Under the pieces are notes generated by a model. That model searched no databases, was not told the origin of the DNA, and saw only the letters and a program-made list of their open reading frames with translations. Shown here piece after piece: positions 29,126 through 38,168 of a stretch of DNA of 64,000 bases. The first letter of the stretch is position 1; each line of letters opens with the position of its first letter. This DNA comes from an uncultured Anaerolineales bacterium (GTDB lineage Bacteria; Chloroflexota; Anaerolineae; UBA7937; B3-Chlor). Both the position numbers and the translations under genes were made by a program. The stretch spans positions 10,396 to 74,395 of the forward strand of contig CAZOBP010000003.1 in the NCBI GenBank assembly GCA_964577995.1, given 5' to 3'.

Positions 29126-30436
29126 ATGCACCGACTCAGAGGCTATGACCACCGCCATGTAGTGCCCTCTCTCGAGCACGGAGACTCGTTCAAAAGAGCC
29201 GTCTTGATCCTGCTGATCCTCGGCGTCCTGCTGAGGATAGCCTTGATGCCCATCGCCTTCCACCCGGACCTCTTCTGGATCACGTATCACGCGCAGAACC
29301 TCGCCCTGCATGGACAGGTTACGAAAGACCTGTCCGTACAACCGCTCCCTCAGCTTCTCTACGCGGCTACGATATTGCTCTTCCAGTCGGTCCTTTCTCC
29401 GGCTGAGATCGTGTGGCCTGACGAGTGGGCACTCCTGGATCAGGAGGAATACCAGGGGGCCTTCGAGTTGCGTATGCAGATCGCCGAAGCGCCTAGGATA
29501 CACCTTACCCTTTTTGTACTGAAGCTGCCCCACCTGGTATTCGACCTGGCCTCTGCCTTCATCCTCCTCGCCCTGCTGAGGAGGCGTCCCAGGCAGGCCA
29601 TCCTTGCTCTTGCGTTCTGGCTATTCAACCCCATTGGCCTGTATGTCTCCTACCTCTACGGACGCTACGACGCCGTGGCTGGCTTCTTCGTCCTGTTGAG
29701 CCTCTATCTCTTCCAGAGAGTCCGACCCTTCTCTTCCCTTGGTGCACTCGTGCTTGCTTTCGCCAGTCGGATCATGGACGCGGCCCTGCTGCCCTTCTTC
29801 CTCGTGGGCGCCTTCCGACAACTCAGGAGGCAGAAGCGGCTTGTCCTGGGCATGGTGGTCGCTCTGGCGGTCGTCTTGCTGACCGTCCTATCGGGGGCCA
29901 TGCCGCGGCTTCTGACGTTGTTGGACCGTGTCCACGGCCAGTTCCTGCTCGCGGCGAAGCTCCCCATCATCCTTCACGATGAATTGGTGCTCTTCGTCAT
30001 CGGCTATGCCATTCTGTTCTTCAGCAGCCTGGAAAAGGACCTGTCCTCATACACGGTGCTGCGCAAGTACTCCCTCATGGTCTTCTTGGTTCTGTTCTCC
30101 ATCTCCTTCTTCAACCCCCAGTACTTCTTCGCACTTCTGCCCCTTCTGGCCTTGGAGATCGCTGAGCAGCCTGATCTCGTGTGGTTTCATCTGGTCCAGG
30201 TTGTGGGCTACGCCTTCTATCTCCTCAACTGGAGCTCGCAGACTACCTGGTGGCTTTTCCTGCCGCTGAATCCATCCTTCTTCTCACAGCTTCCAGCGCC
30301 CGAGTCGATCATTGAGACGTTCATCAACTACAAGGCAGTCATTGCCATCTTCCGGAGCCTACTGACGGCGGCCTCCCTGTGGATGACCTATCGCATCTAC
30401 AGAACCCTCGGCACAGGCGAGGAAAAGGTACGCTGA
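29126..30436 (+). CDS. polytopic integral membrane protein (possible GT-C-type glycosyltransferase/DUF2029-like)
   Basis: 436 aa with ~10 hydrophobic helices; starts 7 nt after the molybdoenzyme stop. Confidence 0.55.
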   Translation: MHRLRGYDHRHVVPSLEHGDSFKRAVLILLILGVLLRIALMPIAFHPDLFWITYHAQNLALHGQVTKDLSVQPLPQLLYAATILLFQSVLSPAEIVWPDEWALLDQEEYQGAFELRMQIAEAPRIHLTLFVLKLPHLVFDLASAFILLALLRRRPRQAILALAFWLFNPIGLYVSYLYGRYDAVAGFFVLLSLYLFQRVRPFSSLGALVLAFASRIMDAALLPFFLVGAFRQLRRQKRLVLGMVVALAVVLLTVLSGAMPRLLTLLDRVHGQFLLAAKLPIILHDELVLFVIGYAILFFSSLEKDLSSYTVLRKYSLMVFLVLFSISFFNPQYFFALLPLLALEIAEQPDLVWFHLVQVVGYAFYLLNWSSQTTWWLFLPLNPSFFSQLPAPESIIETFINYKAVIAIFRSLLTAASLWMTYRIYRTLGTGEEKVR

Positions 30437-30447
30437 TCGCCAGGGCA

Positions 30448-32220
30448 GTGCGCGCGCAGACGCCCATCGGAAGCCTACCACTGCTGCTCCTGCTGGCGAC
30501 GGTGACGCTGGCCCGCCCCTACATCGCTCCCAGCGAGGAACTCTCCGCCTCCGCGTTGCCGCCCATCGACGACAAGGCGCTGGGCTCGCCTCCGACGGAA
30601 ACCACCTGGCACCTCCCCGACTATCCCCTCATCGATGCTATGCGAGAGAGTATCCTTCATACTTTTCAGCTCTGCGAGACGGAGTTTGAAGGCGCAGACG
30701 GGACAGTCACCGGGCTGATGCCGGCTCGGGAGTACGGGATGATCTACGTCCGAGACACCTCTACCATGATGCCGGCGGTCTCCTACTTCTATGGCGACGA
30801 ATACCTCAGAACACCGGTGGAGGAGTTCCTGCGCAGGCAATATGCGACTGCCACCAGCAGCGAGGATGGGCACGTGCCGGGCGAGGGAGCCATCAGCGGC
30901 GTCATAGCGCCTGACCACCACATCGACAAAGCCACGGCTGTCTCGGACGAGGAGGTCCACCTCATCCACGCCGCGTACCAGTATCACAAGACGGCAGGTG
31001 GCGCCGACTGGCTCCAGAAGAGGTTAGCAGGCGAGACGGTCCTTTCTCGCCTGAATGATGCCCTAGACTGGCTTTACACGCACCGGTACGACAGCACTTT
31101 CCGGTTGATCAAGAGAGGCCACACCACTGACTGGGGAGATGTGAAGTTCGAGCCCTCCGCCGATCCCACAGACCTCGATCCAGCGACGGACCACTGGACG
31201 TGCTCCATCTATGACCAGGCTCTCACCTATCGTGCCCTCATCGAGCTGGCCGAGATGAACGAGACACTCGGTGCCTCTGCGAGGGGCGACGACCTCCGCC
31301 ACCGCGCGGAGGAGCTACGCCGGGCCACCAACGAGCAACTGTGGAACGATGATGGAGGCTTCTACCTGCTCCACGTACACGTCACCCCCCTAACCCATCC
31401 CTTTCCCGAGGATCAGATGGTCAGCATCTCCAATGCGGTCGCCGCCTACGTGGGCCTCAGCGATCCTGCGCAGACCGACGACGCTCTGCTCAGCCTGGAG
31501 CGTGCACGCCTCTCCGCCGGCGCCAGGAAACCTGGGCTGAGCATCTATCCGCCCTATCCGCCCGGCTTCTTCGCTCATCCGCAGATGTACAGTGGAGAGT
31601 ATCAGAACGGCGGCCTTTGGGACTGGTGGGGCGGCGTACAGATGACGGCAGAGTTCGAGAACGGCCATTCCACGCTAGCCCGGGCGCACCTCAATCTCGT
31701 GGCCCAGGATTGGGCCTTGCACCCACAAGAGATCTACGAGTGGCAGGCCCTGTCCACCGGTGCAGGTTGGGGATCACACAACTATGGCAGCGGGGCAGCT
31801 AGCGTGGGAGAAGCCATCATACGGGGGCTCTTCGGAGTCACCATCGACCAAGACGGGGTCGCCATAGAGCCTCGACTCTCCAAACACGACGGCCAGATAC
31901 GCGTCATTCAGCCAGCCACCGGGCTCTACGCCTCCTATGACTACAGGCACGAGCGCGATTTCATCGTCCTTGACTACGGATCGAACCATCCTGGCCCCAT
32001 CCCGGTCGCGGTTCTCCTGCCCCGAGGAAGGACGATAGAAGAAGTCTCCATAGATGGTCAGAGGGTATTCCACCACATGGAGACCTTGCTCGACGACAGC
32101 TATTGCGCTTTCCAGGGTCCCTCAGGAGTTCACCGGGCGGTGATTCTCTTCACGAGTCGGATAGGACTCGCCGAGTCCCGTACTGCTTCTGGTAGTAGCT
32201 ACGATACTCGCCCGTCTTGA
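30448..32220 (+). CDS. secreted glycoside hydrolase-like protein (six-hairpin/GDE-GH63-like); start uncertain
   Basis: The ORF is open from 30379; a signal-peptide-like RAQTPIGSLPLLLLLATVTLA follows a candidate GTG at 30448; large (alpha/alpha)6-type region YGMIYVRDTSTMM...GGLWDWWGG. Confidence 0.5.
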   Translation: MRAQTPIGSLPLLLLLATVTLARPYIAPSEELSASALPPIDDKALGSPPTETTWHLPDYPLIDAMRESILHTFQLCETEFEGADGTVTGLMPAREYGMIYVRDTSTMMPAVSYFYGDEYLRTPVEEFLRRQYATATSSEDGHVPGEGAISGVIAPDHHIDKATAVSDEEVHLIHAAYQYHKTAGGADWLQKRLAGETVLSRLNDALDWLYTHRYDSTFRLIKRGHTTDWGDVKFEPSADPTDLDPATDHWTCSIYDQALTYRALIELAEMNETLGASARGDDLRHRAEELRRATNEQLWNDDGGFYLLHVHVTPLTHPFPEDQMVSISNAVAAYVGLSDPAQTDDALLSLERARLSAGARKPGLSIYPPYPPGFFAHPQMYSGEYQNGGLWDWWGGVQMTAEFENGHSTLARAHLNLVAQDWALHPQEIYEWQALSTGAGWGSHNYGSGAASVGEAIIRGLFGVTIDQDGVAIEPRLSKHDGQIRVIQPATGLYASYDYRHERDFIVLDYGSNHPGPIPVAVLLPRGRTIEEVSIDGQRVFHHMETLLDDSYCAFQGPSGVHRAVILFTSRIGLAESRTASGSSYDTRPS

Positions 32221-33175
32221 GCTTTTCCCACCACTGGCGGTTCTCGGCATACCAACGCACAGTCCCCTCGAGTGCCTCTGCGAAGGCATGGCGCGGCCGC
32301 CATCCCAGCTCACGGATCTTGCTGGAATCGAGAGAGTATCGCCGGTCGTGCCCGGGTCGATCCTCGACGAAGTGGATGAGGCTCTTCGGCTTGCCCGTCT
32401 TCTCCAGGATGCCCTCCGTGAGTTCGAGGTTCGTCAGTTCGTGGTCGCCACCGACGTTGTACACCTCGCCATCCTGGCCCTCGTGCAGCATCAGATCGAT
32501 CGCTTCACAATGGTCCAGAACGTACAGCCAATCCCGGACGTTCAGTCCATCTCCGTAGAGCGGCAGTGGCAGGTCATCTAGCGCGTTGGTGATGAAAAGG
32601 GGAATCACCTTTTCAGGATACTGATAGGGACCGAAGTTGTTGGAGCCGCGCGTAATGACCACAGGAACGCCGTAGGTCACGTGATAGGCGCGACACAAAA
32701 GGTCGCCCCCAGCTTTGGTGGCCGAATAGGGACTGTTGGGGAGCAGATTGTCAGTCTCCACCGACGACCCTTCGGTGACGCTTCCGTATACCTCGTCCGT
32801 AGACACGTGGAGCATTCTATGTAGTCCGAACTTCCTGACGGCCTCCAGTAACACGTGTGTGCCGTAGACGTCCGTCTGGATGAAGCTCCCCGCCTCATGA
32901 ATGCTGCGATCCACGTGTGTCTCGGCCGCGAAGTTGACTATGGCCTCGATATCGTGTTCTTGAACGACTTGGTCGACCAACTCCATGTCGCAGATGTCGC
33001 CGTGGACGAAGCCGTACCTCCGGTCATCCGCCACATCCCGGAGGTTATCCAGATTGCCGGCATAGGTCAGCTTGTCCAAGACAACGACTTCGACGTCCGG
33101 ACGCTTTTCCAGAACGTGGTGCACGAAGTTGCTGCCGATGAAACCGGCACCGCCCGTGATCAATAGGCTCTTCAA
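32150..33175 (-). CDS. rfbB: dTDP-glucose 4,6-dehydratase
   Basis: MKSLLITGGAGFIGSNFV; catalytic YSATKAGGDLL; 341 aa. Confidence 0.9.
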   Translation of the reverse strand: MKSLLITGGAGFIGSNFVHHVLEKRPDVEVVVLDKLTYAGNLDNLRDVADDRRYGFVHGDICDMELVDQVVQEHDIEAIVNFAAETHVDRSIHEAGSFIQTDVYGTHVLLEAVRKFGLHRMLHVSTDEVYGSVTEGSSVETDNLLPNSPYSATKAGGDLLCRAYHVTYGVPVVITRGSNNFGPYQYPEKVIPLFITNALDDLPLPLYGDGLNVRDWLYVLDHCEAIDLMLHEGQDGEVYNVGGDHELTNLELTEGILEKTGKPKSLIHFVEDRPGHDRRYSLDSSKIRELGWRPRHAFAEALEGTVRWYAENRQWWEKLKTGEYRSYYQKQYGTRRVLSDS

Positions 33176-33211
33176 GATCCGAGACCTCCCTCAAGTGAGA
33201 ACCGGACAGAG

Positions 33212-33463
33212 CTACAGCCTGGTGCCTCGACGGGTGTAGGCCTCCCTCATCATGTCCCTCACGTCCTGCAAAGTCAGCAAGTACGTCTCGGTCTTCTTCT
33301 CGCCCCGAGGTCCGCCCGTACTGGACTTGCCTTGCAGGATCAAGCCATCCTCCGTTTCGATGATTCGGACCTCCGTGAAGCCATGTTCGTCGACGTAGTG
33401 GCCGATCGTCCTCAGAACATCCTGGTAGTCTGTCTTGAGCATGCCCTGGAAGAGCTTCTGCAT
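33212..33463 (-). CDS. small conserved protein of unknown function (paralog A of a tandem pair)
   Basis: 83 aa; shares with the neighbour the pattern Y...L..IG.......-.....V.I.E.E.G..LQG....... Confidence 0.5.
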   Translation of the reverse strand: MQKLFQGMLKTDYQDVLRTIGHYVDEHGFTEVRIIETEDGLILQGKSSTGGPRGEKKTETYLLTLQDVRDMMREAYTRRGTRL

Positions 33464-33495
33464 CTATCCTACCTCTCCAAGCCGGCGGATTCTCG

Positions 33496-33750
33496 TCACA
33501 ACTCGCGTATCATCTGATCCAGTTCTTCGTGGCTCAGCACCCTGGTTCTCGAGACCAGGTTGAAGGCATCTCGCGTACTCAGCAGGGCTCGGCCCTGTAG
33601 CACTATGCCTCCCTCAACCTCCAGGATGCAGACGTCGCGCAGCCTCTGTTTCTCCGCGAGGCGGCCTATAGCTTGGAGGGCCCGCTCGTAGTTAAGGCTC
33701 TTGGCCCCTGGTGGGCTCGCCATGTTACTCCCTCCCTCGAGACGAGGCAC
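33496..33750 (-). CDS. small conserved protein of unknown function (paralog B of a tandem pair)
   Basis: 84 aa; NYERALQAIGRLAEKQRLRDVCILEVEGGIVLQGRALL parallels DYQDVLRTIGHYVDEHGFTEVRIIETEDGLILQGKSST in paralog A. Confidence 0.5.
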   Translation of the reverse strand: MPRLEGGSNMASPPGAKSLNYERALQAIGRLAEKQRLRDVCILEVEGGIVLQGRALLSTRDAFNLVSRTRVLSHEELDQMIREL

Positions 33751-35128
33751 GCACTACCCTACCTAGCTTGGAGATCGCCTTGCGAGGCGACGCATAGCGA
33801 CCCAGGACGTACCTCGTCTTCCGACCGACTCCGTTGCGCAGCTTTCTTCGCTGTGATTCCGCCAGAGCCCACCGCAGAAACTCGGGGTCGTGCCCCCTGA
33901 TCTTGGGCTCCGTCGGGTTTCGGCTGTAGCCGTCGTGGTCCTTAACCAGGGACAGACCGTGTTCCATGCAGTAGTCATACAGATCATTGCCTGGATAGGG
34001 AGTGTAGTAGGCGGGGCTATAGTAATCGGGATCAATCTCCCGCAGCATACTGATCGTCTCTTTGATCTCCTCTTCGGTCTCCGTCGGCAACCCCAGCATG
34101 TAGTTGGCCCAAATGCGAATGCCGTACTTCCGGCAGATGCGCGCCGCCTCCAGGTTCTTCGCTCTGGTGGTGCCCTTGCGGATGAATCTGAGGACGCGAT
34201 TGCTTCCGCTTTCGAAGCCCAGGAAGAGCCCGGCCAATCCAACTTGTGCCATGCGCCTGATCATGTCCTCATGTTTCACCACATGATCGACGCGCGCCTG
34301 GCACCAGAACGGTCGTCTGAAATCCTCAGCCTCGTAGCGATCGCAGAACTCGGTCACCCACGCTCGATCCTCGGTGAGACAGTCATCGTGAATCATCAGG
34401 GTGTTGAAGTGGTACTTCTCGCGCAGCTCCCTCAACTCACCGATGACGTGCGACACGCTCCTTCGTCTCACGCCCTTTCCGAAGAGGATGTCCTCACCAG
34501 GCTTGCAGAAGCTACAGTTGTAGCGGCACCCACGGCCAGCGATGATCGTGACGAAGGGTGGCAACGTTTCCTCAGATAGCGGGGCCTCCGGGGAATCATA
34601 GTCGTAGCCAGCCTTGCGCCACTCGTTGAGGTAGAGGTCTCTGTCCGCGTAGGGTAGCTGATCCAGATCCGGCCTTTGTCCCTGGATCACCCTTTCCACC
34701 TGCTCGCCACGCTCGAACTTGCGGAGCATCTCTACCAAGGTGATCTCTCCCTCTCCCAAGACCACGTGATCTACGAGAGGGTTACTGAGCACTTCCTCGG
34801 GAGACAGAGTGGGGTGAGGTCCACCGACGACAACTATCGTTTCGGGACTGACTTCCTTCAGCAGTTCGATGCCCTTCATGGCAGGATTGAAGTCCACACT
34901 GAGCATCCCGAACCCCGCCACCTCTGGTGCCCGGCTTCGTAGCTCCTCGCGGTAGTGGTCCCAGTCCCGCAGCGCCCTGCGGTCTAGTAGGTTCACTTCG
35001 TGACCGGCACCCTTGGAGCAAGCCGCGAGCAACGCTAACCCATGCCCAATCCAGCCCCCCGACATGCCCTTGCCGGCGCTGTGGAAGCCGTTTAGGCCAC
35101 CCCCGCTACTCACCAATGTGACTTTCAC
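33725..35128 (-). CDS. B12-binding domain radical SAM protein
   Basis: N-terminal B12-binding-like Rossmann (IVVVGGPHPT); CRYNCSFC C.3C.2C radical SAM motif; 467 aa. Confidence 0.85.
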   Translation of the reverse strand: MKVTLVSSGGGLNGFHSAGKGMSGGWIGHGLALLAACSKGAGHEVNLLDRRALRDWDHYREELRSRAPEVAGFGMLSVDFNPAMKGIELLKEVSPETIVVVGGPHPTLSPEEVLSNPLVDHVVLGEGEITLVEMLRKFERGEQVERVIQGQRPDLDQLPYADRDLYLNEWRKAGYDYDSPEAPLSEETLPPFVTIIAGRGCRYNCSFCKPGEDILFGKGVRRRSVSHVIGELRELREKYHFNTLMIHDDCLTEDRAWVTEFCDRYEAEDFRRPFWCQARVDHVVKHEDMIRRMAQVGLAGLFLGFESGSNRVLRFIRKGTTRAKNLEAARICRKYGIRIWANYMLGLPTETEEEIKETISMLREIDPDYYSPAYYTPYPGNDLYDYCMEHGLSLVKDHDGYSRNPTEPKIRGHDPEFLRWALAESQRRKLRNGVGRKTRYVLGRYASPRKAISKLGRVVRASSRGRE

Positions 35129-35225
35129 CTGGCTCGCTCTTCCCCTGCTCTGGATGCGTCCATTACTCGCTCGACGGGGTCTCCGCTACGCCTCAGCGTA
35201 CTGCGAGCGACTGGCCCACAGTATG

Positions 35226-36293
35226 CTATAGAATCCCGACCTGGCTGTTGTCACCTATGATCATCCTGTAGGCCTTTGGCCTAAGCGGGGAGCGGCAGAT
35301 CTCGACGTTTCGGCCTATGACGCTATCCTCGATGCGAGCCCCGATGTTCGTGATGCGGGAGTTCTCCAGGACGATGCAGTGCTCTATCTCGGTGTTCTCG
35401 ATGAGCACGTCGTGGTAGATGGCCGTGTACGGTCCAATGTAGGCATCCACGACCCGGCTGTTCTCTCCGATGATCATCGGCCCACGGAGGGTGCTATTGA
35501 CGATCTGCGCGCCGCTCTCGATCGTGATACGCCCCGAAAGGCTGGACTTCTCATCTACAGTGCCCAGGTTCTGGGGCTCCATAGTCTCCAGGAGCAGCCG
35601 GTTGCAGTCCAGCATGTCTCCCGGCTTGCCCGTGTCGATCCACCATCCCTCGTGGATGTAGGGATAGACCTTGTAGTCGTGATCCACCAGGAACTGGATG
35701 GCGTCCGTGATCTCCAGTTCTCCCCGCCACGAGGGCTTGATGCTCTTGGCTGCCTCCAGTATATGCCGGTCAAACATGTAGATGCCGACCAATGCCAGAT
35801 CGCTCGGCGGGTCCTTGGGCTTCTCGATCAGCCGCACTACCTGGCCGTTTCTCAGTTCGGCCACACCGAAATGCTGAGGATCAGCAACTCTGGTGAGGAC
35901 GATTTGCGCGTTCCAGTCGCTCTCGGCAAACTCCCGGACCAGATTCGCGATCCCCCCCTCCAGGACATTGTCTCCCAGGAACATCACGAACCTGTCGCCC
36001 GCCAGGAACTCCTCGGAGATAAGCACCGCATGAGCCAGGCCGAGCGGGGCTTCCTGTTCGATGTAGGTGATCGAGGCCCCCCATTGCGAGCCGTCGCCCA
36101 CTCTCTCCATGATCTCGGCTGCTGTATCTCCGACCACGATGCCGATGTCCGTGATACCGGCCTCCACAATGGCGTCTACGGCGCGAAACAGGACTGGCCT
36201 GTTGGCCACAGGAACGAGCTGCTTCGCGCTGGTATACGTGATGGGGTACAGGCGAGTGCCTTTGCCCCCGCTGAGGATCAATGCCTTCATCAC
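35226..36293 (-). CDS. rmlA: glucose-1-phosphate thymidylyltransferase, long form (RmlA-like with C-terminal beta-helix)
   Basis: MKALILSGGKGTRLYPITYTSAKQLVPVANRPVL; 355 aa. Confidence 0.85.
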   Translation of the reverse strand: MMKALILSGGKGTRLYPITYTSAKQLVPVANRPVLFRAVDAIVEAGITDIGIVVGDTAAEIMERVGDGSQWGASITYIEQEAPLGLAHAVLISEEFLAGDRFVMFLGDNVLEGGIANLVREFAESDWNAQIVLTRVADPQHFGVAELRNGQVVRLIEKPKDPPSDLALVGIYMFDRHILEAAKSIKPSWRGELEITDAIQFLVDHDYKVYPYIHEGWWIDTGKPGDMLDCNRLLLETMEPQNLGTVDEKSSLSGRITIESGAQIVNSTLRGPMIIGENSRVVDAYIGPYTAIYHDVLIENTEIEHCIVLENSRITNIGARIEDSVIGRNVEICRSPLRPKAYRMIIGDNSQVGIL

Positions 36294-36313
36294 TCCCCCG
36301 TTGTCTTCCGCTC

Positions 36314-37003
36314 TCAGCGGCCCTTCTTCTCAGCGTAGTAGCTATAGTAGCTGGTGTCCAACTTGACGTTATTGAGCACTGCCCCCACCAGATGAGCATT
36401 GACCTTGTCGAGCAAGGCTTTGGCCTTCTGCGCGTGTTCCCTCTTGGTGCCGCCCGCTTTGACCACAAGCAGCACCCCGTCAACTCTGGAAGCTAAAACC
36501 GCTGCATCGGTTACTGCGATGATCGGCGGTGCATCGAACAGGACAACGTCGGCTCGCTCGGACAGCGCGGCTATGATCTCCTGCATACGACGCGAGCCCA
36601 CCAATTCCGAAGGATTGGGAGGAAGAGGGCCACTGGGCAACAACAGGAGACCCGGCACCCCAATCTCGAGTAGAGGGGGCTGGCTCATCGCCTTCTCGTC
36701 CACGACCATCGTGGTCAGCCCCACGTCGTTGCTTTGGCCAAAGATCTCGTGTTGTGAGGGGCGCCTCAGATCGCAATCCACAAGAATGACCTCCTTCTCA
36801 GCCTGCGCCATGGTGACCGCCAGATTGGCCAGGGTGGTCGACTTGCCCTCCTCAGGCCCAGGAGACGTGACCACCAGGGTCTTGAGCGGCTTGTCCAGGC
36901 TGGAGAACTCAAGGTTAGTCCGCAACGTGCGATACGCCTCGCTGACAGGAGACCGAGGCGTCGTAAGCGTGACCAGACTACTCGAGCGATCATCTAGGAC
37001 CAT
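36314..37003 (-). CDS. CpsD/CapB-family tyrosine-protein kinase (BY-kinase)
   Basis: Walker A TSPGPEEGKSTTLANLA, A' VILVDCDLRRP, Walker B VLFDAPPI. Confidence 0.85.
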   Translation of the reverse strand: MVLDDRSSSLVTLTTPRSPVSEAYRTLRTNLEFSSLDKPLKTLVVTSPGPEEGKSTTLANLAVTMAQAEKEVILVDCDLRRPSQHEIFGQSNDVGLTTMVVDEKAMSQPPLLEIGVPGLLLLPSGPLPPNPSELVGSRRMQEIIAALSERADVVLFDAPPIIAVTDAAVLASRVDGVLLVVKAGGTKREHAQKAKALLDKVNAHLVGAVLNNVKLDTSYYSYYAEKKGR

Positions 37004-37114
37004 GACTTCAATCCTCCACTGTCCGTGCGCGGTAGCTGATTATATAGCCGCGCCCACATCGCTGCAAACAAGTGCTGAGGGACTTGGCCACCAGGAGGCT
37101 GAAACCCACTCCAG

Positions 37115-37834
37115 CTACCTGGGCCAGGGCAAGGCAAGAGATCTGCTCCTGGCGTTGGATCCTCGCTTGCTCTCGCCAGAGCTCATGGTAGGAATGGAGC
37201 CCAGGACTGGCACGCCCACGAAGCGCTCCACATCGTCGCTGGACCGGAGTACGTCCGACTGAAGGTACTCCAGCCCGAAAGCCAGCAGCAAGCCGACTAG
37301 GAGACCCAGCACTCCTCCAGCTACAGCAAGAGTTTTGGTCTTGGGCCAGTGCACCCACCCATACCTGGCGTCCTCCAGGATGAGTATGGTCACCCGGTCC
37401 GCCCGGTCAATGTCCAGAATCTGAGCCGCGTGATAAGCGACGAAGTGCTGGGCGAAGGCGCTTGCCACAACAGCCGCTTCTTCAGGATTGGGCGCATCCG
37501 CGTCGATCTGGATCAGGAAATCCTCCGGTATGGGGGCCACTGTGACTCTGGCCAACAGCTTGTCGGTACTTACGTCAAGCTGTAGCTCGTCGATCACCTG
37601 CTGAGCCATGGAAGTGGTGTGAATCTGGTTCGCGAACTGTCTGAGCAATTGCTCCGCAGCAAGGGTCAGCCCATAGTCAAACCGCGCCGGGATCACCTGA
37701 AGCACGGCCGATGAGCGATAGGTAGGCGCCCGCACCTCGCTGAAAACCACCGCACTGGTCACCGTCACTGCCAAGGTCAGTGCTATGATCCACCACTTCC
37801 CGACCAACACTCTCAGGTACTGCTTCAATTCCAT
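37115..37834 (-). CDS. Wzz/YveK-type polysaccharide chain-length determinant (co-polymerase) protein
   Basis: N-terminal TM after LRVLVGKWWIIAL, a periplasmic coiled-coil region, and a second TM near the C-terminus (GGVLGLLVGLLLAFGLEYL). Confidence 0.75.
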   Translation of the reverse strand: MELKQYLRVLVGKWWIIALTLAVTVTSAVVFSEVRAPTYRSSAVLQVIPARFDYGLTLAAEQLLRQFANQIHTTSMAQQVIDELQLDVSTDKLLARVTVAPIPEDFLIQIDADAPNPEEAAVVASAFAQHFVAYHAAQILDIDRADRVTILILEDARYGWVHWPKTKTLAVAGGVLGLLVGLLLAFGLEYLQSDVLRSSDDVERFVGVPVLGSIPTMSSGESKRGSNARSRSLALPWPR

Positions 37835-38077
37835 ACTCGCCTCCTGGCGAAAAGATGGGGCTGGCCCCTCAAACCGCCCACGGGGGGCCGGTCATCCATC
37901 GAGCTATTCTACCATAACTACCTCGTCGCAGCAAGACTCGCACGCAAGGAGAGATCACAAGGACCTGTATGAGAAGGATGTCTGGTCGCGTCCCCGACCA
38001 GACACCTGCGGTCTCACGCGCGCTCGCCCGAAGACAATCCTGAGGCGTATCTCCGCACCCCGGCGTCTGCAATACAG

Positions 38078-38106
38078 TTGACAATATGGCCACTCGTGCG
38101 TACAAT
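38078..38106 (+). promoter_or_regulatory. sigma-70-like promoter of uvrC (TTGACA-N17-TACAAT)
   Basis: ttgaca atatggccactcgtgcg tacaat ~60 nt upstream of the uvrC ATG. Confidence 0.4.
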
Positions 38107-38168
38107 TATGTATGGCATACGTGTTCGTATGGCCTGACAGTGCCGCGAAGCTAGCAGAGTAGACGCAG

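Noticed and set aside
38101-38135. Possible operator in the uvrC promoter (GTATG-g-CATAC inverted repeat and duplicated CGTATGGC)
   Set aside because: It is only a 5-bp-arm palindrome plus an 8-nt direct repeat, and no GAAC-N4-GTTC-type LexA box was seen; too weak to call a regulatory site
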